Shown one piece after another: positions 40,917 to 54,560 of a stretch of 64,000 bases of DNA. Position 1 is the stretch's first letter; the number at the start of each line of letters is the position of its first letter. Source of the DNA: Octopus vulgaris (taxonomy: Eukaryota); contig OX597827.1 in NCBI GenBank assembly GCA_951406725.2, positions 53,940,001 to 54,004,000 on the forward strand, written 5' to 3'. Under the pieces are notes generated by a model. The model was not told the DNA's origin and ran no database searches. It worked only from the letters and a program-made list of their open reading frames with translations. The translations under genes and the position numbers were made by a program.

Positions 40917-41123
40917 TTATGTGTGTCTTTGTCCCCCCAGTATTGCTTCATAATAGATGTTGATGTGTTGACATACTTGTAACTTAGTGACTCAGTGAAA
41001 GAGACTAATAGAATAAGTACTAAGCTTACAAAGAATAAGTGCTGGGTTTGATTTAAGGTGGTGCTCCAGCATGGCTGTAGTCAAATGACTGAAGCAAATA
41101 AAAGAATAAAAAAATAAGTGTGC

Positions 41124-41155
<32 letters not shown>

Positions 41156-41596
41156 GGTGAGGTTGCATGTCTTAGTGGTAAGGGCATTGCATTCACAATT
41201 GCAAGATCATGGTCTCAATTCCTGGACTAGGTGGTACATTATGTTTCCTATGCACCTGTGGTTCCCCATGCACATGTTCAGGTAAAGTTGTTTGTCCTCC
41301 CAACATCACATGACAACCGATGCTTGTGTGTTTACGTCCCCATAACTTAGCAGTTCAGCAAAAGAGACCAATAGAATAAGTACTAGGCTTACAAAGAATA
41401 AGTCCTGGGGTCGATTTGCTCGACTAAAAGGTGGTGCTCCAGCATGGCTACAGTCAAATGATTGAAACAAGTAAAAGAGTAAAAGAGTATACCTATTTGA
41501 TTCAAGTTACATCAGACAAAACTATATCCAATGACCAGTACCACCAAATTCAAAACATGAATGAGGTCTCGTATTCTCCCTCACCCACCCACATGT

Positions 41597-43300
41597 GTTC
41601 ATTTCATTTCATTTCATTTCATTTGGGTTTGAGTCCATGCTCAGGCCAAGTCGAAGACTCCACCCTCAGAGTCTGGTGTGGTTGCCAGGTTGTATTCTCT
41701 GCTTAATTTTGACATGTGTAGGAGCGAGTTTGAGTCAGTTTGTGCTCGTTGTGTATATCCTGGGAGATGGGGTTCATCTCTAATGGTGCTTAAGTATCTA
41801 TCCAGTTGCAATTTGAATGATTCCACACTGCATCCTAATAGATTTCTGACATGTACCGGAATGGAGTTGAACAGTTGTGCTCCTCGAACCAACAGACTTG
41901 ATTCTCGCAGGGTTTTTGCTGCCTGGCCAGCCTTTTTGTTGATTGGTGGCAGCTGGCAGCGTCTTCCGTGGCGCAGTGAGTGGTAGGTTTTGATACCAAA
42001 GTTTGGCACCTTCTGCTCTATCATTTTCCAAATGTATATAATTCGGTATCGCTCAAATCTTCTTTCTATTGAGTACATCCTCAAGGTTTTGAGTCTTTGC
42101 CAATAGTCCAGGTCCCTCGTTTCTGAGAAGTATGAGGTAAAATTTCTTTGGAGCGATTCTATCTTAGATAGTTGGCCCTTTGTTGTTGGTGACCACAACT
42201 GAGAACAGTAGTCAATCCTCGGAAGTATCATACTGTTCCAGAGGGTTTTCATTGTTAAGGTATCTCTTGATTTGAAGGTGCGCAAGATCCACCCGCTGTA
42301 CTTTCTTGCAGTAAGACAAACTGAGTCAAGGTGTTCTCTGAATTTTAGGTTGGTTCCCATGTGGATGCCTAAATCTTTCACATACTGTTTTTCCATTATT
42401 TGTTGTCCTGATGAGTTTCTGTAGTTTGTTGTATTTTTCAGATCTTGATCTGTTCCGTAGCGAATTAGTTCAAACTTCTTATCATTGAACAACATGTTGT
42501 TTGTTTCCTGCCATTTATATATGGTGGTCAGGTCCTTTTGTAAGGCCTCTGTATCCACCTTGTCTTTGATTTGTCTCATGACCCTGGTGTCATCAGCAAA
42601 GGATGAGACGTTGCTGGTTGTATCTTCATCTATGTCAGAGATGAGGATGAGAAACAGGATTGTCCTGTACCCTGAGGAACACTGCTGGTCACAGGTGATG
42701 GTGTTGAATGGGTTCCATTCACAGTGACTGTTTGAGTTCTATTTGTAAGGAACTCATGTATCCATGTACCAACTTTTCCTCCTACTCCTAGCTTTCGAAG
42801 TTTGTGACCCAGGATGCCATGATCTACCTTGTCAAATGCCTTGGCAAAGTCGAGGTAGATAACATCTGTGTTGTATCCATTCTCTAGATTTTCTAGGATT
42901 TGGTCATGGTGTGCCAGTAGTTGGGAAAGGCATGATCTACCTAACCTGAATCCATGCTGGTTGCAATTCATCAGATTGTTGGATTCCAGGAACTCAACCA
43001 GTTTTCCACAAACTATTCTTTCGAAGACCTTGATAATGTGTGATGTCAGTGAGATTGGTCGGTAGTTCTTTGGTTTTGATTTGCTGTCCCCTTTATGTAT
43101 TGGAGTTATGTGTGCTTCTTTATATGTATTTGGTATTTTGCCATTCTCCATAGATTCCCTCCATATCATGTAAAGGGGTTTCGACAATTGTACCTTGCAG
43201 TTTTTAAGTATCATGGCATTGAAACCGTCAGGCCCCGCAGCCGAGTGCATGGAGAGCTTGTCTATGGCTCTTGCTATGTCTTCTGGGTTGAAATCAATGT
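41597..43300 (-). mobile_element. 5'-truncated CR1/L2-type LINE, RT domain with one frameshift
   Basis: AAGPDG, YRPISLTS, QHGFR, YLDFAKAFDKVDH, VPQGT (frameshift about 42665), FADD and KDLGI motifs; very short 3' UTR and (GAAAT)n tail at 41597-41625. Confidence 0.93.
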
Positions 43301-43429
43301 GTTGTTGAGTAAAAAATTCTACAGAAAAAACTGCAGTTTATTATCAGGGGAGAATTATATATTTTCTGTAGAATTTGTTGTTTTTTCCTCTATGCTTACG
43401 TGAATTGTTTTGAGTATATGTTGTCTGGG

Positions 43430-43659
43430 AGTTTCTTCTTATAGTAGAAGAAATAGCTAAGTTCTTTGGCTGCTATTTCTAAAGTTCGGTATGTGGTGAA
43501 GCAAATTTTGCTGAACCCTAATTATAATTATACTCATAATTATAAAAAAATATTGTTTAAATTTACCGAAAATGGTCCTTTTAACATGCCGAATACTACT
43601 TGGTGGAATTATTAATTACTAATTAATTCATTCATTCATTTTACCCTTTATTATTATTG

Positions 43660-43660
<1 letters not shown>
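43430..43660. mobile_element. Fragment related to the Penelope pseudo-LTR island 32705-32925, internally inverted
   Basis: 43467-43525 resembles 32847-32922 directly; 43572-43648 resembles the reverse complement of 32717-32778. Confidence 0.6.
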
Positions 43661-43705
<45 letters not shown>

Positions 43706-44699
43706 ACTACATTGCGTCCTTCATTTTTTTAAACACTAGTAATATGAGAGAGATTTGACTGTTATTTTTATGAGGTTGTAGTTTCTTTGTTGACTTTATG
43801 ATGGTGTGTTATGTGTTCACAAAATCCTTTCCTATGAATTTAAGCACTTGTGTATGTCACATGTGAAATGGATAAATAAATAACTTTATTTATACAACTA
43901 TACAAACATTTATATACATATGTGAAATTTAATATAACCGGTAGCACAGTAAAATCTTTACATTTTTTTCCATGTTAGTGTTATACAATAAATCACTTGT
44001 TTCTGGACCTAATGCTTCAAATTACTTTACCAAGTCACACTAGTTTTTCTTTTTTAATTTATTTAAAGTGAACCACTAAATAATTAAGTCAAGCTAATTA
44101 TTTTAAACTGCTCCTCTTCCTCAAAGTAAAATTATTTATTTCTCCTTGGAAACATTCTGTACTTGCTGTCATAAGTTTACTCAGGGTCTTTTGTTTCACT
44201 TTAGCTATTTTAAAGAGCTTCCCTGAAATTCAAGGTTTTATGCCCATGTGAGAGATCAATATTTAATGCTTCAAGAGAACCAGGATGCAGAAAATTCATT
44301 CAGTGGAGCAGAAGACAAAATGTCACACAAGGTTTAGCAACAGCACATTGCATTATGAATTTACTCTTTTGTCAAGGCCAGCTTTGCTTTTTTATAATTT
44401 CAGGATGGTTGATAAAATAAATTCCAGTGAAATAGTGAGGTTGATATAATTGATTATATTTCTCCCATCACACCACCTTGGGACCACCTTAGAAGTTGAC
44501 ATTTCAAGATAACAATTATTTCGCATATTTGTGTGACAAGGCATATACAGTCAGTGGAATTGACTCCAGTACATAGCTGGTATTTCTTCTATTAATCATA
44601 AAAAGATTTAAGATAAAGTCAACATTTATAGGATTTGAATGCAGAACATAGAGTGACAGAATTAAGCCATCATCATGGCCAGATTTGATTCTCAATAGC

Positions 44700-46000
44700 A
44701 ATCTTCCATTGTGTTCTGTCTAGTTCTTCTCTTTTTATTTGGTTCCATGTCATCCCTGTCACTTTCAGTTCATGTTGCACCAAGGTCTGCCAAGTGATCC
44801 TCGGTTGCCCTGCCCTCTTTTTCCCTTCTGAGTTTCAATCCAAGGCATTAAGGCTTCCTTCCCAAACATCCCTCTGATCTTCTTAAAACAATTCCTTTAT
44901 TGATTGGTGCCTACCTGCCTTTAGCACAGTGGTGACTGTTGCTCACAATTTCTTGATTTCAAATGTTTAGTGACACCTGTTTTTGAATGTTTCATATCTT
45001 TTGAGGATATCTCTATTCATTTGCCTTGAGTTGGTAACGTATAACAAGATGGATTTGATGTTACTATTGAAAATTTACTGGTTTATACATCTGGTCAGTT
45101 CCTGCCTTTTAAACAGGCTTTAAAATGTTGAAGACTTAACATTATTGTCCATGCTTCATTTTAACATCTTTGTCGCTACCTCTTGTTGCAGGCATCTTAC
45201 TTCCCAGATAAATGTAGCATTTCACTTCATTCCACATGGAATTTTTCAATTATGACACATGACAGAGTTACTGCTTTCAATTTTCATGAACACTGTCTTT
45301 CAAATGTTAACCCTTAGTCTGGTTTTCACAACTATTTCTGTTAGACTGTTTGCCTTTCTTTTCATACTTTAAACATTCTGAGATATCAGGTAAATGTTAT
45401 CCACAAAGTTTCAATAATCTTTAGAAAATCAACTCTTGAGTCCACTGTATACCTGTTCTTTCATCCGGTTTAGTTTGACACATCACCCAGTCAATCTCCA
45501 CCAAGATCATCAGTAATATTAGACATCCTAGCTTCACTCCACTCTGTACATTGAAAGGTTTGAAATTTTTCCATTGTATCTCACTTGGCTATATCTTTGT
45601 AGAGCTGTTGTATGATATTAACAAGCATGTTGGAGATTCTGTAGTGGCGGAAAAGATACCAAATTACTTTCCTGTTAGCCCCATTGAAAGCTTTTTCAAA
45701 GTCCGTAGTTAAGTTAAAGAGTGAGGAATGTGCAATTTCTGTAACAGCTTGATGCTGATATGGAGTATAAGATTCTAGTTAAAGCAAGGTTTATCCATTC
45801 TAAGTTCTGCTTGTTCTGTCCTTAACATGTGTTCTGTGAGATTTTTCTGTCTCTTAAGAATGATCTTTGTGAGTACATTGCTCGTTACTAATAGAATCAT
45901 GAAACCATGCTACTTTTTACATTTACTAAGATATCCCACCTTGTTTCTCCCTTTTTTTTATCTCTTAGGTTTTCCAGCTACCCTTTCTTCCACTCCATGT
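44700..46000 (-). mobile_element. Old degraded RTE LINE
   Basis: DFEKAFNG, VQSGVKLGCL and GKKRAGQPRITW motifs with many stops. Confidence 0.75.
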
Positions 46001-46470
46001 GCATTTTTATTTCTGTAACAAGAGAAATTAAATACTGAAATATATTCTGTCTTATACTCAACCATTTATGCTAAAGCTCAGTCAATGCAGAAATAGAAGA
46101 TGGCATGGAAATGGAAAATATGGAAACTAAAGAACCCTGCTGTTGAGAAAAGGTTTAGAGAAATCCAATTGATGCATATATTGTAGAGAGAAAAATCTAG
46201 ATACCTGTAGCATAGATGACAAACCATGGGATTATAATGCTCTCATTCCATCATCCATGCCTAAAGGTTTTGTTTTGAATATTAAAGAACGCCATAAAAT
46301 ACTGAATACAATGGACGAAATGCTGTGACTATGGCAACCAATATCAGGACACTATTCTCAATAAATCAATGCACAATATTTGTGTGTGTGTGTGTGTGTG
46401 TGTATTTGTATCATTACAAACAATATAATCATAAAAAGGGGTGGTGAGATGGCAGAAAAGGGGTGGTGAG

Positions 46471-46793
46471 CTACGGACTTTGAAAAAGCTTTCAATGGGG
46501 CTAACAGGAAAGTAATTTGGTATCTTTTCCGCCACTACAGAATCTCCAACATGCTTGTTAATATCATACAACAGCTCTACAAAGATATAGCCAAGTGAGA
46601 TACAATGGAAAAATTTCAAACCTTTCAATGTACAGAGTGGAGTGAAGCTAGGATGTCTAATATTACTGATGATCTTGGTGGAGATTGACTGGGTGATGTG
46701 TCAAACTAAACCGGATGAAAGAACAGGTATACAGTGGACTCAAGAGTTGATTTTCTAAAGATTATTGAAACTTTGTGGATAACATTTACCTGA
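46471..46793 (+). repeat. 323-bp inverted duplication of 45386-45708
   Basis: No mismatch seen by eye; inserted in the head of an S2 SINE (46435-47000). Confidence 0.92.
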
Positions 46794-48489
46794 GCTGGCA
46801 GAAGCATTAGAATGCCAGGTGAAGTGCTTAGCAGTATTTTGTCTGTCTTTATGTTCTGATTTCAAATTCCGCCGAGGTCGACTTTGCCCTTCATCCTTTC
46901 AAGGTCAATAAATTAAGTACCAGTTGCATACTGGGGTCGAGGTAATCAACTGGTCCCCTCCGCCCCAAATTTCGGGCCTTGTGCCTAGAGTAGAAAAGAA
47001 TCATATATCGTTGCAAACAATATAATATTACAAGGCTATAAGTATTCAATACACTAAATAGATTAATATTATTATTACATTACATTATAGTTTAAAGTGA
47101 ACTACTTTTCCATTACTTGAAGATTTTTGATGGGGCTCCAATCTTTAGATGACCTAATAGCAATCAACAAAGCTATGTTTCTAATGCTAATGGGTTTTTT
47201 TCATTAGTATTCCACAGCTTGAGATTGCTTGCTACCTATATGCAGTTTATCTTACTGTTTAAATCTAATGTTATATCAACAGAGAAATATTTCCAATACT
47301 AACAGTGTTCTTGTCATTGCTTAATAGCACATGACAAAAATACTGCAAACTTCTGGTTTCTTGTATCATAAGCCAATCTGGTTCTATTGTCAAGATTTGC
47401 CAGGAAGAACTTATTTTGATGATGATATGAGAAACTGTTAGCGTTGTAAACTCATTTTTGTTTGACTATTAATCTATCATCTAGAAATGCTTCACTCTGT
47501 CACTGCTGTTCAGAGTTTCTTGCTATGTGCACTCCTTTTGAAGACAAAAAAGAAAAAAAAAATAGTGATTGGAGGAACTTAGTTGCATGGAATAAAATCC
47601 TAGGTATTGACTTGTTTGTTCTGGGTTTGGCTTGTCATTTAGGTCAAGTTATAGGACATCCGATATTGTAAGACAGAGTGGCTGCAGATGCACGAGAACA
47701 GAGGAATTTCTATAGAAATGACCAGCCTGCCCAACAGATGTGGTGGTGGAGGAAGAGAAAGGGGAGGAGAGGGAGAGGAAGAGGGAGGGAGGGACGTAAG
47801 GGGAGGAGGACAGGTGGTGAAGAGGAGGCAGGGAAGAGGAGAAGGAGTCACTGAAATATTGGAGCTGCCAGCAGTAGTCATGTGATCATTGTAGTACACT
47901 GTAAAGGGGAAATAGTAGGGTGTGGTGCTGCCAAATATCATTAGCCAATTATCTGCTTAAGTGATGGTGGAAATGGTTAACTGATCCTCAGTTGAAATAT
48001 ATTCGAGGAGAGTGACAGTAGCAAACAGATTGATCAGTTTGATTTTCTGGGTTAGATATATAACTGATCCATTCATGCCCTTCTTTGTGAAAATACCTAT
48101 CAAAGAGATGCCATCCAACACCAACAGTCTATGTGCACTGGCCAGCTTCCCTTTTCATAACACTGAGTTGTATTTGTACACATATACACCAACCATGTAG
48201 ATACACCTGATATGGTAAATGTTAGATTAATGGCACTATTTACACTTGAAGCACAAACATCACTACGCAAGCTCTTCGTCAGTCAAAAAAAACCTGGATA
48301 AATACCAGTACCAGAGCAACATTGTTACTGTTAGAGATCTTGACTAAAATGGAACTTGATGAGGTGTTCCTCGTCACATAATAAAAACTCACAATCAACA
48401 ATGAACAGAAATTGAACAAAGTACACTTCTATATGTCTTCATGTGATGCAAATTGTAACACTGCTCTATTTACTACAATTCACACTCAC

Positions 48490-48912
48490 ACACATGGCTT
48501 TTAGCCCAGCATATCCACAGAGAACCCTGAAAAATCTCCACATTGTAGACAATACTACAAGAATTGCCAAGGACTCCAAATTTGCCATCAAGATGTAGGA
48601 CAAGATACTGTGATAGCCTGGGCTTCAGAGGTCCACAGCTCTTCAATATCCTCCCGAAGGACCTGAAAGACCTGCATGGGGTGGATGCAGATGTCTTTAA
48701 AATAAAACTGGATCTCTTCCTGTCAGGTGTCCCAGATGAACCAACTTCATGGCAGGAGGTGCAAATGAGGGCAGCTGCATCAAACTCTCTCATGCACCAA
48801 ATGTCAATTGCTAAAAAGCATTCGTGAAGTAAAATCATGTAGCAACACCGAATGGCGGTGCCCAGCATGGCCACAGCTCGTGAGCTGAAACTAGATAAGA
48901 TAAGAATTAAAA
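48490..48912 (+). mobile_element. CR1/L2-type LINE 3' end
   Basis: DSLGFRGPQLFNILPKDLKDLHGVDADVFKIKLDLFLSGVPDEP is homologous to the C-terminus of the 41641 ORF; 3' UTR with stem-loop. Confidence 0.85.
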
Positions 48913-49751
48913 GCAACGAAACATATACTTGTGTTATTGTTCATGGTAATCATGTTGAAAAGTAAAATGCTGGTACAGAATATCAGTTTTCTTTTAACTA
49001 CCTATAAAATTTGAAAAGAAATCTAAGAAATGGTGCACCACAGCCACTACTATAAAATGTTGTTGCATGAGTTTATTGTTCTGGAGCCTAGTTTCTGAGT
49101 GATTGATGTATGGCTAGTATAGTTGCACAGTGGTGTCTGGAGAATGGTGGTGAATGAAATGGGATGTTATCTGTAGGCTTGGCTGCGTGGTAAGAAGTTT
49201 ACTTCCTCGACACATGGTTCCAGATTCAGTTACACTATATGACACCTTGGGCAAATGTTTTCTACTATAGCTTCAGGCCAACCAAAGCCTTGAGTGTGGA
49301 TATGTATGTATCTATGCATGTGTGTCTTTGTGTCTATGTTTGTCTCCTATCACCATTTGATAACTGGTGTTGGTGTGTTAACATTGCCGTAAGATAGCAG
49401 CTCAGCAAAAGAGACTAATAGAATAAGTAGTAAGCTTTAAAAAATGTCCTAGAGTCGATCTATTTGACTAAAATTCTTAGAGGCAGTGCCCCAGCATGGC
49501 AACAAGGAAAATAATTGAAACAAGTAAAAGATAAAAGATAAAATATATGTTACTGTGTATATACTTTGAGGTGTTGTAGATTGAAAATAGCAGGTGAAAG
49601 AATTAACTCTTCTGATACACAATTTGTGTAGTAACACATTTTGGAATGGTTTTTTTTTTGTTTTACACCTTATAGGCATGGTGATTTGACATGCAGTTTA
49701 CTAGCTAACATTTTGTATAGTTTATTGACAAGGCGTTGAGTATTTTGAATA

Positions 49752-50165
49752 CTGTAAAAACCCATGTAATTTGCACACCTGTGTAATTCATGCAGGTGAT
49801 TTTCAAGATAAAATTTGTTTAAAAAAGCTTCTACTCATGTAAAATTCACACCTAAAAGTTTTCAGAATTATCAATATAGCCAGGGGTAAAAGGTTTCCAA
49901 TTTAGTTGTGTTTAGCATCATTTCACTTACTTCTTATCAGATTTTATTAAATTTTCATTGAATTCTTTTACTTGTTTCAGTCATTTGACTGCGACCATGC
50001 TGGAGCACTGCCTTTAGTTGAGCAAATCAACCACAGGACTTATTCTTTGTAAGCTTAGTACTTATTCTATCGGTCTCTTTTGCCGAGCTGCTAAGTTATG
50101 GGGGATGTAAACACACAAGCATTGGTTGTCAAGTGATGTTGGGTGGAGGGACAAACACAGATACA

Positions 50166-50209
<44 letters not shown>

Positions 50210-51159
50210 CGATGAGCTTCTTTCAGTTTCTGCCTACCAAATCCACTCACAAGGTTTTGGTCAGCCCAAGGCTATAGTAGAAGACACTTGCCCAAGGTGC
50301 CACACAGTGGGACTGAACCCAGAACCATGTGGTTGGTAAGCAAAAATGTTTGTGTTGTTTGTAATAAACTTTATTTTACATTTCTTGCCCACAAGAGATT
50401 ACGTCTGATCTTTAGCATACTGCTGTATTTCTTCTCAAATCACAATTACAGGAAAAGTTGTTGATGAGAATTACCAACAAAAACAAAGCTGATAAATACG
50501 CACAGGTGTTGCCAATTAAGTTTAATTACTAATAAACACCAGCTTGGGTGACACTTTACTCAGCCAACATAGGAAGATGACTGATCAAGCTGATTATGTA
50601 AAAATAATTCTTTTCCGCCTACTCTTGTTGGAACCTTTGATATGGAGTATCAAAATTTTAATCCCTTTCACACTTATAAAATGTCAAGCAAACTTAAAAA
50701 ATTGTCATTACCGTTATTGCCAGTATGGGCAGACCTTATGAATCATTTACTGTGAAGGAGAAATTAAGTATGTGCTCCATTGTGACAGGTAGAAACTCCA
50801 AGCAATGTAAAATATGGCCCAGACCGTGTTTGCCAACATGAGCGTCAGACTTCAAAAACTAGTTCACCATTTAATGGTTTTAGTAAATTTATACAGAAAA
50901 AGTAAGCATTATACCATCCAGCATAAATAAAAGTAAATTTCATTATGCATATTTAAACCATTATATTTTTTGTAAAAACCTATTGTGACATTAAATGAGT
51001 CAACTTCTGGTACAAATATTCATGTTTTGTACATCGTTTTACAACAAAAAAATTTCAAAGAAAAGTTCTGGAAATGATCTATTCACATAATTTATGCACC
51101 TGCTAAAGTTTATTTTCATTTTTGTAAAAAAAAGGCATCAGTTACATGGGTTTTTACAG
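49752..51159. mobile_element. TA-flanked DNA transposon relic (probably Tc1/mariner superfamily) containing an S1 SINE
   Basis: Perfect TIR TA-CTGTAAAAACCCATGTAA / TTACATGGGTTTTTACAG-TA. Confidence 0.75.
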
Positions 51160-51869
51160 TATAAGTGAGTATCTGGGGAAAATGTCAAAAGTTCTTCTGA
51201 TATCAACAGTACTTAGCAAGGTAAACATAGTGTTTTGAAGATGTTATGTATCCTTTGCGTTAAGTTTATGAGTTGTCTGGTAGTTGGACATTGTGATCTG
51301 AATCCATGTTGTGGCTTAGAGAAGTGTGGGAGCCTCTAGGTGATCATTCACCCACTAGAATTAGTAGCCAAATCTCCTTCAATCTTTAAATGAATCATCT
51401 CAAAGAAATATGAGTATATTAAATAAAATAATTTTTATATTAATATTCTTTTGGTTAATTCCTACTAAAACTAGAATGAAGCTCATGATGCTCTGAAGAG
51501 GTTTTATCCTTAATTTGAATTCATTCGAGCTTTTGAAAAGAGCATAAATATTACAACTTCTTTTCTTTCCCTAAAACATTAGCTTTTGCAGATAGCTGAA
51601 AGAAGACAAATATAGGTTTAAGTCATGATTAGAAGGAAGACAAGTTCATGCAAGCCATATGCCTAAGTTGGTTTCTGTTCTTGATTTGAATGCTTTAAAT
51701 GTTTTATCAAAAGTTTGAATATCACCACACTTTTAGTGAAATTTCTTAAAAATAAAATGCCTATAAAGATCATCATCACCACCACCACCACCACCACCAT
51801 CACCATCACCATCACCATCACCACCACCATCACCACCACCACCACCACCATCACCATCACCATCATCAT

Positions 51870-52510
51870 CATCATCATCATCATCATCATTTAGCATCCA
51901 TTGTCCATGCTGGCATGAATTGGACAGTTTGACCAGGGCTGGCCAGCTGAAAGGCTTTCCTAACACCAACCACTCCAAGAGTGTAATGGGTGCTTTTATG
52001 TGCCACCAGCACAGATGCTATTTGCATGACACTGGTGTCTGCCATGACTGTGATTTTACTTGGCTTGGTGGGTCTTCTTCTCAAGCACAACATAATGGCA
52101 AATGTCTCGCTCATTGCCTCCGTGAGGCCCAACACTCAAAAGGAACTTTGCATGTACCTCTGGTAACAGCCACTTTGCCTCCATGAGACCCAATGCCCAA
52201 AAGATGCTTTTTACATGCCCCCAACATGGGTGCCAGTTAATTGACACCAGCATCAGCCACAACTGCAATTTCACTTGGCTTAATGGGTCTTCTCAAGCAC
52301 AGCATATTGCTAAAGATCTCAGTCACTAGTTATTGCCTCTGTGAGACCCAAAGTTTGAAGATCATGCTTCACCACCTCGTCCCATGTCTTCCTGGGTCTA
52401 CCTCTACCACAGGTTCCCTCCACAATTAGAGATCAGCACTTCTTTACACATCTGTCCTTGTCCATATGCATCACATGACCATACCAGTGCAGTTGTCTCT
52501 GTTGCACACT
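51870..52510 (-). mobile_element. RTE LINE 3' end with ORF C-terminus
   Basis: Minus translation VQQRQLHWYGHVMHM..VEGTCGRGRPRKTWDEVV followed by the repeat-rich UTR and (GAT)n tail. Confidence 0.85.
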
Positions 52511-53353
52511 GATAACTTAAATATGTGACTGAGAAGCAATTATCATTTGGCGCTATTTTGCTTAATTTCCATTACTTATGCCTCTGGAAATGGCATAAAC
52601 ATCAAAGCATCCCATTTCATTTATTTTTGTAAGTATTGAGATATTGTATCCCATCAAAGCGAAATCTAAATTAGTTTTCTTAAATTTCACTTCAGATGGG
52701 CTTCATTTTTTTTGTGTTTCTTTTTTCTTTTCATTGACATTTGCTAAAAGACTTAGACCTCTACTACTACTACAATTTAAAATAATAATTTACGAAACCA
52801 ATTTTTTACCTTTCTTCTCTTCAGTTTTATAGTGAAAATTAATTACACTGTTTTTTTTTATTTTGACAAAAATTGCATAAATTAATTTGGTATTTATTTT
52901 AAAATTCAAAACCCACACTCCTACCTAATTTTCAGGGGAAAATAGAACATAAAAGATCAAAAACTAACATTGCCTTAAAGTTTTAATGAATTGCTAATGA
53001 AAGTTATGGTTTATAAACCCATTAATCTAAATCAATCTGAAATAGGAAGTTTTCTTAGCAGAGATAATTAATTTCATTTGAATGCCTTCATTTTTTCAAA
53101 AATTTCAATTGGAAGTTTTTAAGAAAAAACTTGTGTAATCTTACAATCATAAAGTTTAAAAAAACAAACATAAGGTTTTCAGTTCTCACTTTTCATGGAG
53201 ATGATGTAGTCAAGTGGTTAATAGACTAAAATAACTGAAGGTCAAAAGCTCAGTTTCCATAACTTGGCATATGTGGTTGATGTTCGGCCCTAAGTCAACT
53301 TCACTCATGCAGATATATGGTTCCTTATTAATATGTTCTACCAGATGATAGTA

Positions 53354-53567
53354 TTAACCCTTCAGTATTCAAATAACTCTGTCAAATGTAATCCTTATTT
53401 ATTCACTTTGTTTTGAATTAATCAAGCATTATCTCATAGTTTTGTGATTGCTTGGTTTTAGAAATGACATTGTAGTGTAGGTGTGCAAGGCTAAATCTGG
53501 CCAGTTTGAATACAAGCAAGTTAAATATTGTGGCTTGATATTGTCAGTTTAAATGCTAAAGGGTTAA
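53354..53567. mobile_element. piggyBac-type MITE, family A
   Basis: TTAA-CCCTT ... AAAGGG-TTAA; reverse-oriented homologue of 5589-5817. Confidence 0.8.
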
Positions 53568-53849
53568 AGTTGATATGACTGAGGTTACTGGTGACTGAAA
53601 TTTATCTTATGTATCACAAGAGGCTCATGAAAACTTTTTAGCTTAAATATTATAAAAGGTGAATCTGGAATCAGTTCCTAAATAGCATCCCAGGTTCTTT
53701 AAGATCACAATACCAGATCTGGTACCTTGTACTTGCAATTATGTGAACAATGACATGAAAAATTACTTGTCTTATTCTTGACAGAAAGCATTTTAAAATA
53801 CTTGTTATATTTTTAATGGTTTGATCTGAAGAAAGAAAATATTACAGGC

Positions 53850-54560
53850 TCTCCAAAACTGGCAGGACCAATATGGTTCAAGCTTCTCATTACTTTCCAG
53901 TTCTCTCAAGTCCTCTGCATTCAAGGCCTGTGTCTCACTACCAGGCAGTATCACAATTCTAAGAAAGTGTTATACACTCTGCCCTTCACTCTGAGAGAGA
54001 TAACCTATGCTGCTAGCAGCTGGCTGGAAAAAATTGAAGGCAGCAGTTACTGAATTTTCTGCTATATTTCCAGAACAACCACTTCCAATACTGAATACAT
54101 TTCCTAGATAACAAGAGCTATTAACTTTCTTCTAGTGAACCATCCGAGTATTTAAGAGTATCTATATCTGAAATCTATATCTGAAATCTATATCTGGTGT
54201 GCTCATTTTACATACTGCTCCAGTGCATCAACCATATGTAAAGCATACATTCTCTGACAGTTTGACTGTGATTCCATATATTTCTTGTGTGTCCATAGCT
54301 TACAATGGGCATAGTATATGAAGTTTGTACCAACTCTTTTTCTGCATCTCAAGCAAGGCCATTTCCCTGAGGACACCAAGACCTGATCTTCTTTCCTCTT
54401 AAAACTTTCATCTTTGCTAGGTTTATTTTACGAACACTTGATTCTAGGTTTAACTTCCAAGCCTGGAATTTCCACTCTAATTCTCCAATAGATCCAGCTA
54501 TGAGAACTACTGTATTTGCCAGTATATAAGACGTGCATTTTCTATTTATAAATGTGTCCA
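53850..54560 (-). mobile_element. Degraded RTE LINE RT fragment
   Basis: VVLIAGSIGELEWKFQAWKLNLES..KINLAKMKVL. Confidence 0.65.

Noticed and set aside
48240-48290. Minus-strand CTGACGA core matches (also about 63350 and about 7425)
   Set aside because: No correctly placed GAAA, stem III or stem I.
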